A program made the translations under genes and the position numbers. Below the pieces are notes generated by a model. That model was not told where the DNA came from. It searched no databases and saw nothing but the letters and a program-made list of their open reading frames with translations. Positions 9,511-20,115 of a stretch of DNA of 64,000 nucleotides are shown one piece after another. The first letter of the stretch is position 1, and every line of letters starts with the position of its first letter. Origin of the DNA: a virus; IMG/VR virus record IMGVR_UViG_3300006750_000004, positions 31,726-95,725 of that record. The stretch is one strand, 5' to 3'.

Positions 9511-10866
9511 GTGCAACGTTTCAAGGACGTTTTATCCCAATCGGAGGAATTCATGGCACTCGTACGCCAAATGCCGGAACTTTATCTTAGAGGTTCACTC
9601 GCAAATGTGACCATGGTCAACCTGACACCTGACGAAAAGCAACACGTCGAGTTTATTGTTGATTACGTCGCCAAGCACCCAGGAATGTCACGGCACCGAG
9701 CCGGGATTATGGAAGAGCTTGGAAACACGATTGGAGGCGACTACGCCAGCGACAAACGCTGCGGAGAAGCCGAATTCCAAATCGCCATCTGGAAGGCCAC
9801 GGTGGAACTCTACCACCACCGACAATATACCTTCTGCTGCAAAGCCTGTGGTTCCAACTCCTGGATCACTCAACAAGGCATCTCCCGCCAAATCAATCGC
9901 CAAAAATTAGATTGCCCCAACTGTAAACAAGTCCGCGTCACCGACCCAGGTGACACCAACCTCGTGAAGAACACATACGTTCCCTTCACAGTCTTCCAGA
10001 ACAGTTACAAATATTTCACCCCTGTCCAAACAGCTCCTAAATGTGAATCACCAATCTATTATATTCCAGGAGTTAAGAAATACTTAGACCCCGACAAAAT
10101 CATCAATTGCGACACGCAGCTAGTCAAATTCTTCGGAGAATTTGTCTGGAATTACTTCCGGCAACAACTCGCAGAAAACGGCCGCAAAGAACACCGTAAA
10201 GAGCCCCAAAAAATCTGTGGACGGGCCGACGAAATTATCACGGAAGAGCTGTTATCGCTCTGTCAACGGCTCAAAATTGATTATAATCACAGCACAAGAG
10301 ACCAACCGTCTAATGGTTATTACTCCATCGCCGTTGTTGGTTTACTCACACCACCTGAATTCACAGCAGAGTTCGCTGTATTACGACAAAAAGCAAAAAA
10401 TCACTCAGTTGAGATTAATTGCACGCCGTCCGAGATTCGGGTCATCGAAAATTCCGACGCTGGAGAATTAGAAGCATACGTCTCAAAGCCGGAACACGTC
10501 CTGATTCTCGATAACCACACCAAGAGCGGAGATGATGAGGGAAGCGATTTCACAATCAGCCAACTCTCGTTTCGCACTATCGGAGCACAAAAGATGGATC
10601 AAGACGACCACGTCGCAACAATCGACGCAACAGACGTAATGATTGCAGTACGAGAATCACTCCCAGAAGGCGATTGCCAAAGTATCTTCGATATCCAGTG
10701 CGGACTCGGAGACATCTACAACGAATTCTCCAACGAATATGGCGATGACCGGCCACGAAAAAACCATATTTCCAAATTCCTCGGAATTACGGTACGATCG
10801 GTCACCATCTATATGGAGAATATTAGGACCGTCTGCCTAGCCCACGGATTAGTACCACAGAATTAG
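9511..10866 (+). CDS. Sigma-70-like factor with inserted zinc ribbon and C-terminal HTH
   Basis: EAEFQIAIWKA (region 2-like), CKAC...CPNC insert, FFGEFVWNYFRQ, and C-terminal KNHISKFLGITVRSVTIYMENIR (region 4 HTH). Confidence 0.45.
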   Translation: MQRFKDVLSQSEEFMALVRQMPELYLRGSLANVTMVNLTPDEKQHVEFIVDYVAKHPGMSRHRAGIMEELGNTIGGDYASDKRCGEAEFQIAIWKATVELYHHRQYTFCCKACGSNSWITQQGISRQINRQKLDCPNCKQVRVTDPGDTNLVKNTYVPFTVFQNSYKYFTPVQTAPKCESPIYYIPGVKKYLDPDKIINCDTQLVKFFGEFVWNYFRQQLAENGRKEHRKEPQKICGRADEIITEELLSLCQRLKIDYNHSTRDQPSNGYYSIAVVGLLTPPEFTAEFAVLRQKAKNHSVEINCTPSEIRVIENSDAGELEAYVSKPEHVLILDNHTKSGDDEGSDFTISQLSFRTIGAQKMDQDDHVATIDATDVMIAVRESLPEGDCQSIFDIQCGLGDIYNEFSNEYGDDRPRKNHISKFLGITVRSVTIYMENIRTVCLAHGLVPQN

Positions 10867-11429
10867 GTACCATATCCCGAGCGGTTGAATTGTTGCGGCA
10901 TTCCACGGCCACCATAAGCCTGACCTGGCTCACCAATCGGGCGAGTCCCAGGAGCAAGATCGATATATCCAGCCTTATGATCACCCAACACTCGCGTAAT
11001 AAACGCCACAATCCTGCGAGGAGTAGTCTGACGGCGAGCAGTGGACCCTAAAGTCTCTTCTGGCATAATAATACCAGTCTTGACCTGCCTTGCCAAATCC
11101 TGCAGATTATTGTGGTACGTTTCTCCCAGGTACATCCGTTGATTCCCTAGGATAAACATATTCCACCCAAGGACAGCCTTCCCAATCGACGTGTCGATCT
11201 CCTCAGCGTGGGGGACTACCTCAATCTTATTCGACAAAGCCGGGATGACCATCGGCAAATCCTGAATCAACCCAGGATACATCTGACGATCGAAACTCTC
11301 TACGAATCCCTTATCGACAAAATACTTAATCATCAAACGCCGAATAACCTCGGTGTTTGAGACCTTTTTCAACTTATCAACTGTGCAGGAGTCCATAGGA
11401 TATATTTGCTTTACCTGAACCAATTCCAA
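10863..11429 (-). CDS. hypothetical protein
   Basis: 188-aa ORF. Confidence 0.6.
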   Translation of the reverse strand: MELVQVKQIYPMDSCTVDKLKKVSNTEVIRRLMIKYFVDKGFVESFDRQMYPGLIQDLPMVIPALSNKIEVVPHAEEIDTSIGKAVLGWNMFILGNQRMYLGETYHNNLQDLARQVKTGIIMPEETLGSTARRQTTPRRIVAFITRVLGDHKAGYIDLAPGTRPIGEPGQAYGGRGMPQQFNRSGYGT

Positions 11430-11467
11430 AGGCTAATATCCGTGATTGGTCAAGGCCCACCAAAAAT

Positions 11468-13294
11468 CTACACCACTTCGGTAATCTGAGAAAACCGATT
11501 GGTCCGAGTGACCCGAAGTTCCTTAGGGAATGTATCATACATCAAGTTCCGGTGAGAGATAATTAGAATTGTCTTCACCTTGGGAGCCAGATCATTCTTG
11601 ATGATGTTGATGAGCGAGTCAATGCCGTCATCATCAAGACGGCCATCCACCTCGTCCAGCACTAACATATTGCACTGACGACCATACATTTGTTCATGAA
11701 AATCGAACATTGCCAACATAAACGCGACATCCGTTCTTTTTCTCTCACCGCCTGATTCGAATTCATATCCCCACAAATTACTGGTAATACCCAACGCGGG
11801 CGTCAATTCAATCTGGACATCAAGCCCGAACACGTCCAGATAATGACGTAGTCGACTATTGATAAATGGAACATGTTCCTGGAATACAAAACTCTTGATC
11901 TTAGTTCGATCATTGTATGCTTTATAAATATAAGCATAATGCCGATTCAAGAAGGTCTCTTGTTCAATGTCCTTCTCTAGTTTAGTGATATCCTCACCAT
12001 GCTCCTCTACGGATTTCTTGGTTTCGGCAATAGTAACAGTATGTGGGTTCTTTTCTTTCTGGATTTTAGCGGCGTCGGCCTTAAATCGGGCCATGGCTTT
12101 ATCGTGGCGTTCCCACGATGAATGGGTGTCCTTGGCGGCCCGTATGGTTGTCTTGGGCTTTTTATCAGCCAATTGACCTTCAGCCAATTTAATGGTTTGG
12201 TGGGTTTTAGTGAGATCTTCCTGGTGCTTTGCGAGTTTGGTCTTCTCTTCCACCAATAATTTCTTAATCGGATCAATCTTAGAGGCTGTGTGGGCTGTTG
12301 GTACTTCCTGTTCGCAGGCATTACATATCTTCCCTGCTTTAGCCCCCCAGGTTTTGATCTTCTTACTTAGTGATTCAACAGTTCCTTCAATAGTAGCAAT
12401 TAGACGGGTTGTGACATTGAGTTTGGTCCGAAGTGAGCCGACGTATTCTTCGACTTTTTTAACCACGTCCCATTTGGCTTGTAATTTTTCCAGGTTTGGT
12501 CGCTCGATGGCGTCTCGTCTCTTTTTCTCGTCTATAGCGGTCTGGAGTGATTCAGTGACTCGACGGTCACGGTCTTTACCATAATTCTCGGATGCGGCGG
12601 TTAGACGTTCTATCTCTTGGTTGAGCCGCACGATATTTTGGTTGAGCGTATTAATCTGACCACGTTTAGTGTCGATACTACTATCAAGTTGACCACACTT
12701 ACCTTTAGCATTCTTGGCGTAATAGGCGAACCGGTCTACATGAAGCACTCTTTCAATCGCTTTTTTACGTGTTGAATCAGCCATCTCCATCCACGGTTTA
12801 CCGTATTGGTTGAAGAATATGGATCCACAGAATACTTCCCAATCCAGATTGAATTCTCGATTGAGCTGTTTTTGTTGATTCTTCTGAGTGGATAAAGTCT
12901 CACTCGTCAAAGTGATCTCATTGCCGTCTTTAACGAAGTGTAACTCATTGTGGCCGCCAGATTTTCTAGTCCTGGTTATAAAGTCGCCGTTGGTGAATTC
13001 TAGACGTGCTACACAGTCTTTACCGGTGAAATAATTGACTATTTTATCACCAGGACTGCTAGAGTGCATGGTCCGACCAAAAAGGACCCATTGAATAGCA
13101 TTAACTACCGTAGACTTTCCGGCACCATTGGATTTGGTGATTTGTAGATTGGCACTATTATCGTATAGTGACTTATCACCATCCACCACCTCTCCGGTAA
13201 TGAGGCATTGGCCTAGTTCGTCCAGGTTTAGTACCGTCTCGTAATCGCCATACGACATGAAATTCTGCCAGGCGACTGTCTTCAGCTCAAGCAT
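11468..13294 (-). CDS. Rad50/SbcC/T4 gp46-like recombination ATPase
   Basis: WQNFMSYG, Walker A NGAGKST, zinc hook CNAC, signature SGGE, Walker B LVLDEVDGRLD, IISH. Confidence 0.95.
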   Translation of the reverse strand: MLELKTVAWQNFMSYGDYETVLNLDELGQCLITGEVVDGDKSLYDNSANLQITKSNGAGKSTVVNAIQWVLFGRTMHSSSPGDKIVNYFTGKDCVARLEFTNGDFITRTRKSGGHNELHFVKDGNEITLTSETLSTQKNQQKQLNREFNLDWEVFCGSIFFNQYGKPWMEMADSTRKKAIERVLHVDRFAYYAKNAKGKCGQLDSSIDTKRGQINTLNQNIVRLNQEIERLTAASENYGKDRDRRVTESLQTAIDEKKRRDAIERPNLEKLQAKWDVVKKVEEYVGSLRTKLNVTTRLIATIEGTVESLSKKIKTWGAKAGKICNACEQEVPTAHTASKIDPIKKLLVEEKTKLAKHQEDLTKTHQTIKLAEGQLADKKPKTTIRAAKDTHSSWERHDKAMARFKADAAKIQKEKNPHTVTIAETKKSVEEHGEDITKLEKDIEQETFLNRHYAYIYKAYNDRTKIKSFVFQEHVPFINSRLRHYLDVFGLDVQIELTPALGITSNLWGYEFESGGERKRTDVAFMLAMFDFHEQMYGRQCNMLVLDEVDGRLDDDGIDSLINIIKNDLAPKVKTILIISHRNLMYDTFPKELRVTRTNRFSQITEVV

Positions 13295-13339
13295 AATCGC
13301 GTTCCCCAGGTATAGAAATATACCTTAAATACGCGATTA
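13294..13339 (-). promoter_or_regulatory. Nested RNA hairpin covering the gp46-like RBS and start
   Basis: Outer 9-bp repeat TAATCGCGT/ACGCGATTA and inner 7-bp repeat AGGTATA-GAAA-TATACCT. Confidence 0.5.
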
Positions 13340-13810
13340 CTCGTCTGGATGAGCAATACTACCATACAACTCTTGCATAGTATCAGCAACCACCATGCTG
13401 TCGAATTGTTTCTGTTGTTCTATAGCCCATTCTGGAAAGATTGCTTGGCGATTATTTCCATGAATAGCGTAGATCCAACAGTCGTTATGTTTGGCAAGCC
13501 TAGAAAGAATGCCGATTATGGATTCTTTGGACCATTGATCGGGTTCAGATTGGTGGCAGATAATCGCCAGACCTAACGGAGTGTTGTGGATATCAATGAT
13601 ACAACCAAGCTTGTCTGGTCGAAGCTCTTTTGGCACAGACTCATCAGATCTCCATTGACATTGGTAAGTCCGACATTCTTTGGGTTTGCTTATGTGGATA
13701 TCACATCCACCTTCGCACTGATGCTTACATCGTTGGTGAGGGTGTTTGACTAGTTCTTGAACACCGATTAGCATACAACAGAGTTGGCAATCACCACATT
13801 CTCTAGCCAT
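13337..13810 (-). CDS. CxxCxxCC cysteine-cluster (YkgJ-like) protein
   Basis: CGDCQLCC...CKHQC...CDIH..KP.ECRTYQCQW. Confidence 0.7.
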   Translation of the reverse strand: MARECGDCQLCCMLIGVQELVKHPHQRCKHQCEGGCDIHISKPKECRTYQCQWRSDESVPKELRPDKLGCIIDIHNTPLGLAIICHQSEPDQWSKESIIGILSRLAKHNDCWIYAIHGNNRQAIFPEWAIEQQKQFDSMVVADTMQELYGSIAHPDE

Positions 13811-14005
13811 TGAGTATACTCTCTATCCTTGCGAATAATTTCGGATAACCCGAAGAAGAGCTTCTACTGGTTCAACTTCCTTAGTTAGAGTCCACCAAAA
13901 CACACGCTCCTTGAAAATGACTCCAGACGCATGTCCGTTTTGTACTGAATTTGTTGGAAAAAGTGCAACCGACGAACCAGGTATCAACCCATATATAAAA
14001 TTGAG

Positions 14006-15826
14006 TCATTTGTTCTGGATAGCTTCCAAGAACCAATCTGGTAACATATTCTTCGCAACCTTGAGGAAACGATCGATTGCTTCATCAAGAATAAAAGTGT
14101 CCGCGTAATCGTCGACACTACGGACACTACGGCCATAGGATTGAACCAATTTGAGAGCAGTTAGCCACTCATAATACTTTCGGTCGATCTCTACTCGCCG
14201 GGCCAATTGCTCATTATCAAAACAATTTGGATAAGGCACCTTACAGATAATCTGAAACCGGCTCAAATCACCAACTAAATCAATCCCCTCATGCATCGCC
14301 GGAGCAATCAACACATTGCCCGGAGTTCTAGCATGATAGATCAACATGTCAGCCTTATCCCTGAAACTACGCTGATGACAAAGTCGAGCTCTGGTAGTTG
14401 CATGACATTTGGTCAGAATATTGTCCATAATAGCGAAATTGTGAGTGTGAATAATACCCTTATCATTTGGATATTCAGCCACGATCTCATCTACACGACG
14501 CACCACCTTAGGCATCCACCCACCCATTTTCGCCTTGCCGCCAGTCATTTTGGCGACACGATCCAAATAAATTGGGCGATTCTTAGCTGGGAACCGGTTT
14601 TTCATTCGGAACGCAGCCACATCTTTCCGATCGATACCAAGCGATCGACACATCACACCAACATCCAACACCGTAGCACTCAACATCAGAATCTTATCTG
14701 CATATTGAAATAAGAGATCCTCTGGAAAATTCATCGCATACACCGGGCGTAATGTCACAGTCCGATGTGCCACACCGCCCTTACCATCTGCCTTCTCCTC
14801 ATATTCACAAACCCATTCAGCACCAGTTTTAGTGACATGGTTCATAAACATCTCATATTTCTTCAAAGTCCTAGACAGTTCATCCACGACCTTGTTCTTT
14901 TCATCCACTTGAGCCTGTTTGATGATCTGGATTAGAGTCTGTTCAATCTTGGCGTCGCTGAAGAATAGAGCATACGCATCAGCAGTCTCCAACTCCGGAA
15001 TAAAAATCCCGTGATCCTGTAATTGCATATCGTTGATTGTCAACGAAACAAAATCCAACAAAATAGGCTCGACATTATGACACTCGTCGATCACCATCAA
15101 ATTACGCGGCGTGTTGAATCGTGGCGTGAGACTGGTCTGGAACAAGAAACTCGAAAAATTCATCACACATTTGCGGCCGTAGATCGCCTTAAAAACCTGC
15201 TCGTAATACGGACACGTGCTATAATCGTATCCTGGCGGCAGATGATCTAATTCACCAGGTGGAACAATAACTCGAGGAGGTGGTGCTGCCGAATCTTTAT
15301 GTGCTTCAAAGCATTTATTGCATTTGTGTTTACGGATTTTCTTCTTACCTGGCTCCTGATTCCATTTGGTGCGACAGAACCCATCTGCACAAGTACCATG
15401 ATCCTTTTTGAAATTAGTAAGGTCTGATTGACTCCAAAGTTTTTTGTTGATATAATTCTGACCATACCTGTCCCAGAAAGTGCACGAATAAGCATTCCGG
15501 CCTTTCAACTCTACAATAGGATCATGATAGCCGGAATCCTCGCCAAAATCGCCTGTTAGCTGATCCTGCAGGATTTTAGTAATAGTGAGATAGTATGAAT
15601 CCTTCACCATATCTGCGAGAGTCATGGCAACAGGCGACTTACCGCTGCCTGTGGGTGCCTCGATGATGACGATCTTTTTGCCGCTATTAAATGCGTTGGC
15701 GGCATATTCAATAGCGGATTTCTGTCCTTCCCGATATTCTTCCATCGGGAAATGATCGTCTATAGCATCCACATCGAAATGGACAGAGGGACGGAGCATT
15801 GGCTCCGTAGCGGTATCAATTGCCAT
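14006..15826 (-). CDS. DinG/XPD-family SF2 helicase with Fe-S-type cysteines
   Basis: REGQ, EAPTGSGKS, LKGRNAYSC, CPYY, IDECHN, SAT, EGID, QSYGRSVR. Confidence 0.9.
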   Translation of the reverse strand: MAIDTATEPMLRPSVHFDVDAIDDHFPMEEYREGQKSAIEYAANAFNSGKKIVIIEAPTGSGKSPVAMTLADMVKDSYYLTITKILQDQLTGDFGEDSGYHDPIVELKGRNAYSCTFWDRYGQNYINKKLWSQSDLTNFKKDHGTCADGFCRTKWNQEPGKKKIRKHKCNKCFEAHKDSAAPPPRVIVPPGELDHLPPGYDYSTCPYYEQVFKAIYGRKCVMNFSSFLFQTSLTPRFNTPRNLMVIDECHNVEPILLDFVSLTINDMQLQDHGIFIPELETADAYALFFSDAKIEQTLIQIIKQAQVDEKNKVVDELSRTLKKYEMFMNHVTKTGAEWVCEYEEKADGKGGVAHRTVTLRPVYAMNFPEDLLFQYADKILMLSATVLDVGVMCRSLGIDRKDVAAFRMKNRFPAKNRPIYLDRVAKMTGGKAKMGGWMPKVVRRVDEIVAEYPNDKGIIHTHNFAIMDNILTKCHATTRARLCHQRSFRDKADMLIYHARTPGNVLIAPAMHEGIDLVGDLSRFQIICKVPYPNCFDNEQLARRVEIDRKYYEWLTALKLVQSYGRSVRSVDDYADTFILDEAIDRFLKVAKNMLPDWFLEAIQNK

Positions 15827-15827
15827 A

Positions 15828-16406
15828 TCACTTTTTCTCGGCCAGGACTAAGCCGACGCTAATCGGCTTTGTGAGTGTTTGTAGTATTCGCCACCCCGTA
15901 TGCTTTTCGAGATATGGGCGTAGCTTTACACATTTTTCTGCGACTACAATACGCTCGCCATCATTGTGTTCTATTCTGTCCCAGTCATGACAGGCAAACC
16001 ATGACCCAGATGCCATTCTAGTTTCTAAGAGTTTGAAATCCGAAAGTGATAAGTCCGCATCATTTGGGCCATCAAAGAAAGCAAAGTCTGGATTCAAGGT
16101 TGGAATAACCTCTGTCGATGGTTTCAAGAGGCATGTAACATGTGGTCGCCAATGATCCGTATTGAATATTTTTTTGGCTTCTGTATAGAGTATTGGGTCT
16201 ACTTCGCATGTGGTGAGATGGCCTCCCACATTCGCATCACGGATAGCATTAGCTATTTGCCAAGTTGAACCACCGCCCTTCCAAGTTCCAACTTCTAACA
16301 CAACTTTGGGTTGGGATTTCTTGACCCATTCATACAGACTTTGCCGCTCTCGCGGCTTTAGTTGTCCTTGCATATTTGGCCTATTTAGATCTTGTGACTT
16401 TACCAT
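15828..16406 (-). CDS. Class I SAM-dependent methyltransferase (Methyltransf_24-like)
   Basis: VLEVGTWKGGGST, FAFFDG, HD. Confidence 0.8.
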   Translation of the reverse strand: MVKSQDLNRPNMQGQLKPRERQSLYEWVKKSQPKVVLEVGTWKGGGSTWQIANAIRDANVGGHLTTCEVDPILYTEAKKIFNTDHWRPHVTCLLKPSTEVIPTLNPDFAFFDGPNDADLSLSDFKLLETRMASGSWFACHDWDRIEHNDGERIVVAEKCVKLRPYLEKHTGWRILQTLTKPISVGLVLAEKK

Positions 16407-16911
16407 GAATTGTTTCCGGTGCCACAGAAGCCTGAGCTATCTGTTTTGGTGTTGTGGAGTCCACTCCGGGCTGCACCGCTGAGGTGATACCCTTTCTTCT
16501 TGGATCAGGTATTATTAAACTAGTTACGTTGGTGTCATGGGTAATAAATGTGCCCTGTGGACAAGACCATGCCATTTGCCCAGCAATCCCGTTCCTTCTA
16601 GTAAAGAATTCTGGGATACCCAACCGCTCCCAACTCTCATAAGAAATCAAAGATGCCGGTCCATAAATAATGTCTCCATCCAACACCAACGAATCGGTGT
16701 GAAAGAATCCATTATTCCGTGTCCTGGTGAGATGGATCACCTTAATCTTCCAGTGGTGGACCACGACACATTTGTTATCTGCGAAGAAACACCCAGTCCA
16801 ATTCTCGAAGATGAGTGGGACATTATGCTTTGCAAGATCATCCGCCTCACAGATTTGGACATGCTCATAAGATTGTCCATCACCAAGAGAAATAAGTTCA
16901 GCATTAAACAT
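16381..16911 (-). CDS. hypothetical protein
   Basis: 176-aa ORF with GGAGG RBS. Confidence 0.6.
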   Translation of the reverse strand: MFNAELISLGDGQSYEHVQICEADDLAKHNVPLIFENWTGCFFADNKCVVVHHWKIKVIHLTRTRNNGFFHTDSLVLDGDIIYGPASLISYESWERLGIPEFFTRRNGIAGQMAWSCPQGTFITHDTNVTSLIIPDPRRKGITSAVQPGVDSTTPKQIAQASVAPETIHGKVTRSK

Positions 16912-17193
16912 GATAAATCCTCCGCAGTATTTTTAATGAGCAATAGCGTAACTAATGTCAAATCCCTCATTAATCCGATCCGGGAGGCTTACATTCTGTG
17001 TCCTTAAATAGGGCATCTTGAGTCTGGATAGAGCCAGGGGGCATGAAACCAGACGCAGGTTTCCTTTAGCAATACCACGTTTGAGTTGGATGATGTTCCA
17101 GGTGCACCAAGTAATGGGAGCCTAGAGCTGTTCATGTATTGTCCGTAAATAAATGTTACAAATTCCAGAACCACTGTTAATAAAGACAAACAC

Positions 17194-18291
17194 ATGTCAA
17201 AAGTTGCAATTACCGCCGATGTTCATTTTGGCGTCACAGACAAGTTAATGGATACCCTATGGGCATGCAGAGTAATGCGAGAATATTGTCAAGCAGCCAA
17301 TATTGACACCGTACTCGTTCTCGGAGATCTCTACCACGATCGTACGTCAATCGGAATTGACGTACTCTCACATGTTGCAAAATTCTTCGAAGATACAAAA
17401 GAGAAATACAACCAAACCTGGATTGCCTTCCCAGGTAACCACGACATGTTCTTAAGACATTCGTGGGGTGTCAATAGTCTGGACATCATGCGGCGGCACA
17501 TGACTGTTATTGATGATGTTAAATTATTAACACTGGATGACCGCCGATTCTGGGTTCTACCCTTCATTACTTATGAGAAATCATTTATGAAGGTGCTTTA
17601 TGAAATTGAAAAACAAGTGGAAGACGGGGATTGTCTTCTAACCCATATCGGGGTTAAAGGAGCATTGTATAATACATGTTTTCTACTCCAGGATTGGTCC
17701 GTCGTTAATTTCGAACGTACCCCATTCAAACGGATTTATACCGGGCACTTCCACAGCAAACAACAAATTGGAGAGAATTGTTGGTATCCAGGATCACCAA
17801 TTCCCTTTAAATTCGACGAGGGAGATGTTGCTCATGGATTTTATGTATATGATCTAGAGGCGGATTCCCATAAATTCATCAACATTTGGAAAGCTGGTGC
17901 TAAATTCTTCCCAGATGAGGTAGCACCACCTCAATTTCACACATTCTTAGATGAACTTCTGGAAGAAAAAACTGCGGCCGATGTGTCCAATAATATGATT
18001 CGCGTTGGTCTCCAGCGAGAATACACTATAGACGAGAAGCATAGTATACGTAAGTCGTTAATGGATAAGGGGGCCAGAGTCGTCCGCTGGTGGGATCTAA
18101 TCACGAAAAAGGAAGAGAAATCCCAAATTACTAAGGGTATCGATTCATCTCAACACAACAGTCTATTTAATGCATTCTTATCAGCAGACACCAAAGGAAC
18201 GAAAGAGTTGAATCATGAGATACTTCTCAAAAGGCACTCAGAAGTGATCAACGAGGGTGATCACGAGTATACTATAGAGGAATCAGAATAA
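17194..18291 (+). CDS. Mre11/SbcD/T4 gp47-like nuclease
   Basis: ADVHFG, GDLYHDR, GNHD, GHFH, YPGSP. Confidence 0.92.
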   Translation: MSKVAITADVHFGVTDKLMDTLWACRVMREYCQAANIDTVLVLGDLYHDRTSIGIDVLSHVAKFFEDTKEKYNQTWIAFPGNHDMFLRHSWGVNSLDIMRRHMTVIDDVKLLTLDDRRFWVLPFITYEKSFMKVLYEIEKQVEDGDCLLTHIGVKGALYNTCFLLQDWSVVNFERTPFKRIYTGHFHSKQQIGENCWYPGSPIPFKFDEGDVAHGFYVYDLEADSHKFINIWKAGAKFFPDEVAPPQFHTFLDELLEEKTAADVSNNMIRVGLQREYTIDEKHSIRKSLMDKGARVVRWWDLITKKEEKSQITKGIDSSQHNSLFNAFLSADTKGTKELNHEILLKRHSEVINEGDHEYTIEESE

Positions 18292-18373
18292 GATTCAGAA
18301 GTATCAAATAACTCAAAAATACGATAGACATCCAAAAAGCAAGGAGGCTATAGATCAGACAAGGGGTCAAAAC

Positions 18374-18604
18374 ATGATCCAAAATATCATCAAACAGTTC
18401 GGGCGAGGTGAAATCACTCTCACAGAAATGTGGAAACAAATCGACAATATATTAGACATTCATAATTATCATAAGACCTTTACAATTTCTTCTGAATTAG
18501 ATGGTTCATTCACCAGAAGAAATCGCACACTAATTAGTGACACCCATATGGCATTGGCTCCTGATGACATGCCTGACATGCCTGACATTTCTGCACAGAC
18601 GTGA
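18374..18604 (+). CDS. hypothetical protein
   Basis: 76-aa ORF ending in DMPDMPD. Confidence 0.45.
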   Translation: MIQNIIKQFGRGEITLTEMWKQIDNILDIHNYHKTFTISSELDGSFTRRNRTLISDTHMALAPDDMPDMPDISAQT

Positions 18605-18623
18605 TCAGAGCCGAGACTTAAAC

Positions 18624-19907
18624 ATGAATTACTTTGAACTTGAATTATCCCGTGTGCTTGGGGAAGCATTACAAGATAGTGGTCTGGTTGCACAAAAACT
18701 TGGCATAGATCTAGAAGTATTGCAACAGATCTTGGATAAAACGGACCCAACTGCGCACGGCAAGTATGCACAATTTATTGCTAAGTTGATGCTGCGAAAG
18801 CTTGTAAATCTTCCAAAAGATCGTGAACGAGTGTACCAAGCTCTAAGTGCGTTCGATAAGTTTAAAAAACACATTAAGCTCAAGGATATCAATCAATACA
18901 AATCTCTAGAAGATCTTGAAAAAACAGTTGACCCTTTCTTAGCAAAGATCTCTAACCGAAAAGGTGGTTCTGGAGATATCTTTGGGCTTTCTGGAGTGAC
19001 CCAAATCGATCGAGAAGGTGATTTCAGTCTGACAAAAGTTAGTAACCGCCGGTCACTAGAAGAAATTTCGAAAAACACTAAATGGTGCACAAAAGCAAAG
19101 CTTGGCAAAGCTTTGACGTATCTCAAGACGTATAATCGCCTCTATCATGTTTTTTATAAAAACAAACCTGTCTTGATGCTTACTCCGGACCTCTCCCAAA
19201 TCATGGATCATGATAATGAGCCATATAATTTCGAAGATAAGAGAGTAAATCGGCTTATTTCATTTCTCAAGCCTTCCTGGTTACCAGAGGGGGTAGGTGA
19301 ATATGCGACGTATTCTGTCTTTGCTGATGTAAGTCCTGAATTCATTCAGCAATATATTGTACTAGAGATACAGGACGAGGTCGCGAATAGCATCAAGCGG
19401 TTCAATCAGGCACAGGAAAGGATGACCCCCGGCCCAGCGAGCCGTGAATCGCATGTGGGGCTACCTGTTGGGCCGAGGTGGAAAAGGACAATGCAATGGT
19501 CTGACTCGCATGATCGCATAGTGGAATCTTGTACTCCGAAAGCCAAGCATATAATATATAAAAAATTCAAATTTTTTGCGTACATGAGTACGGATGGCCA
19601 GCCAGCCCACGTCAATGGCTGGAGAAGCCCATCACGCCCGGTGGATGTGGCGGTTGGACTCAATCGATTCTACATTCTCAATTATGCTTCTATGCCTCTT
19701 TATAAAGCACTCGTAGAAGCTGGTGTCCCTAATGATGAATTGCCGCGTTTTCGGAATAGGGCTCGGTCGGCTTGGAAACCTTATAAAGCACTCGTAGAAG
19801 CTGGTGTCCCTAATGATGAATTGCCGCGTTTAGAAGAGTCTAACTTTAGTCTTTCCGGAGAGCGCTGGTCGCTCGTGAATGCGCGCCCGCGCGCGCGCGG
19901 CTACTGA
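18624..19907 (+). CDS. hypothetical large-phage protein (DPT..KY / KDINQYKS / TKWCT type N-terminal domain)
   Basis: Motifs DPTAHGKY, KDINQYKSLEDL and TKWCT are of a kind seen in large-phage proteins; start set at ATG 18624. Confidence 0.55.
   Translation: MNYFELELSRVLGEALQDSGLVAQKLGIDLEVLQQILDKTDPTAHGKYAQFIAKLMLRKLVNLPKDRERVYQALSAFDKFKKHIKLKDINQYKSLEDLEKTVDPFLAKISNRKGGSGDIFGLSGVTQIDREGDFSLTKVSNRRSLEEISKNTKWCTKAKLGKALTYLKTYNRLYHVFYKNKPVLMLTPDLSQIMDHDNEPYNFEDKRVNRLISFLKPSWLPEGVGEYATYSVFADVSPEFIQQYIVLEIQDEVANSIKRFNQAQERMTPGPASRESHVGLPVGPRWKRTMQWSDSHDRIVESCTPKAKHIIYKKFKFFAYMSTDGQPAHVNGWRSPSRPVDVAVGLNRFYILNYASMPLYKALVEAGVPNDELPRFRNRARSAWKPYKALVEAGVPNDELPRLEESNFSLSGERWSLVNARPRARGY
19700..19831 (+). 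repeat. 51-nt perfect direct repeat (x2) separated by 30 nt, in frame
   Basis: TTATAAAGCACTCGTAGAAGCTGGTGTCCCTAATGATGAATTGCCGCGTTT at 19700-19750 and 19781-19831. Confidence 0.9.
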
Positions 19908-20115
19908 TGAAATCCTATCGCGCTCCTCAATGGGCACGCCCCTAGCGACGTCCTAAATACGGACGTGCTTCTTCTTGAATTCGGGCGTTGCCGATAGTGG
20001 TGTCAGTCTTGATTAGATCAATGGCTATCAAGACCATGGTTGGACATTGCTTGAATTTAACCAGTACGAATCCGCTGCAACAATGTAGAAACTTAACTTT
20101 CGTACAGGAGATCCT

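Noticed and set aside
8789-9610. Long antisense ORFs (also 43415-44152, 59583-60206 and similar)
   Set aside because: They are shadows of better-supported genes on the opposite strand and carry no motifs.
4700-17200. GTATT(A/T) motif upstream of several genes as a promoter
   Set aside because: It is too short and too variably spaced to distinguish from chance without a statistical test.
19700-19831. Repeat-30 nt-repeat as a mini-CRISPR
   Set aside because: There are only two copies, they are 51 nt long and non-palindromic, and they preserve the reading frame of a CDS.
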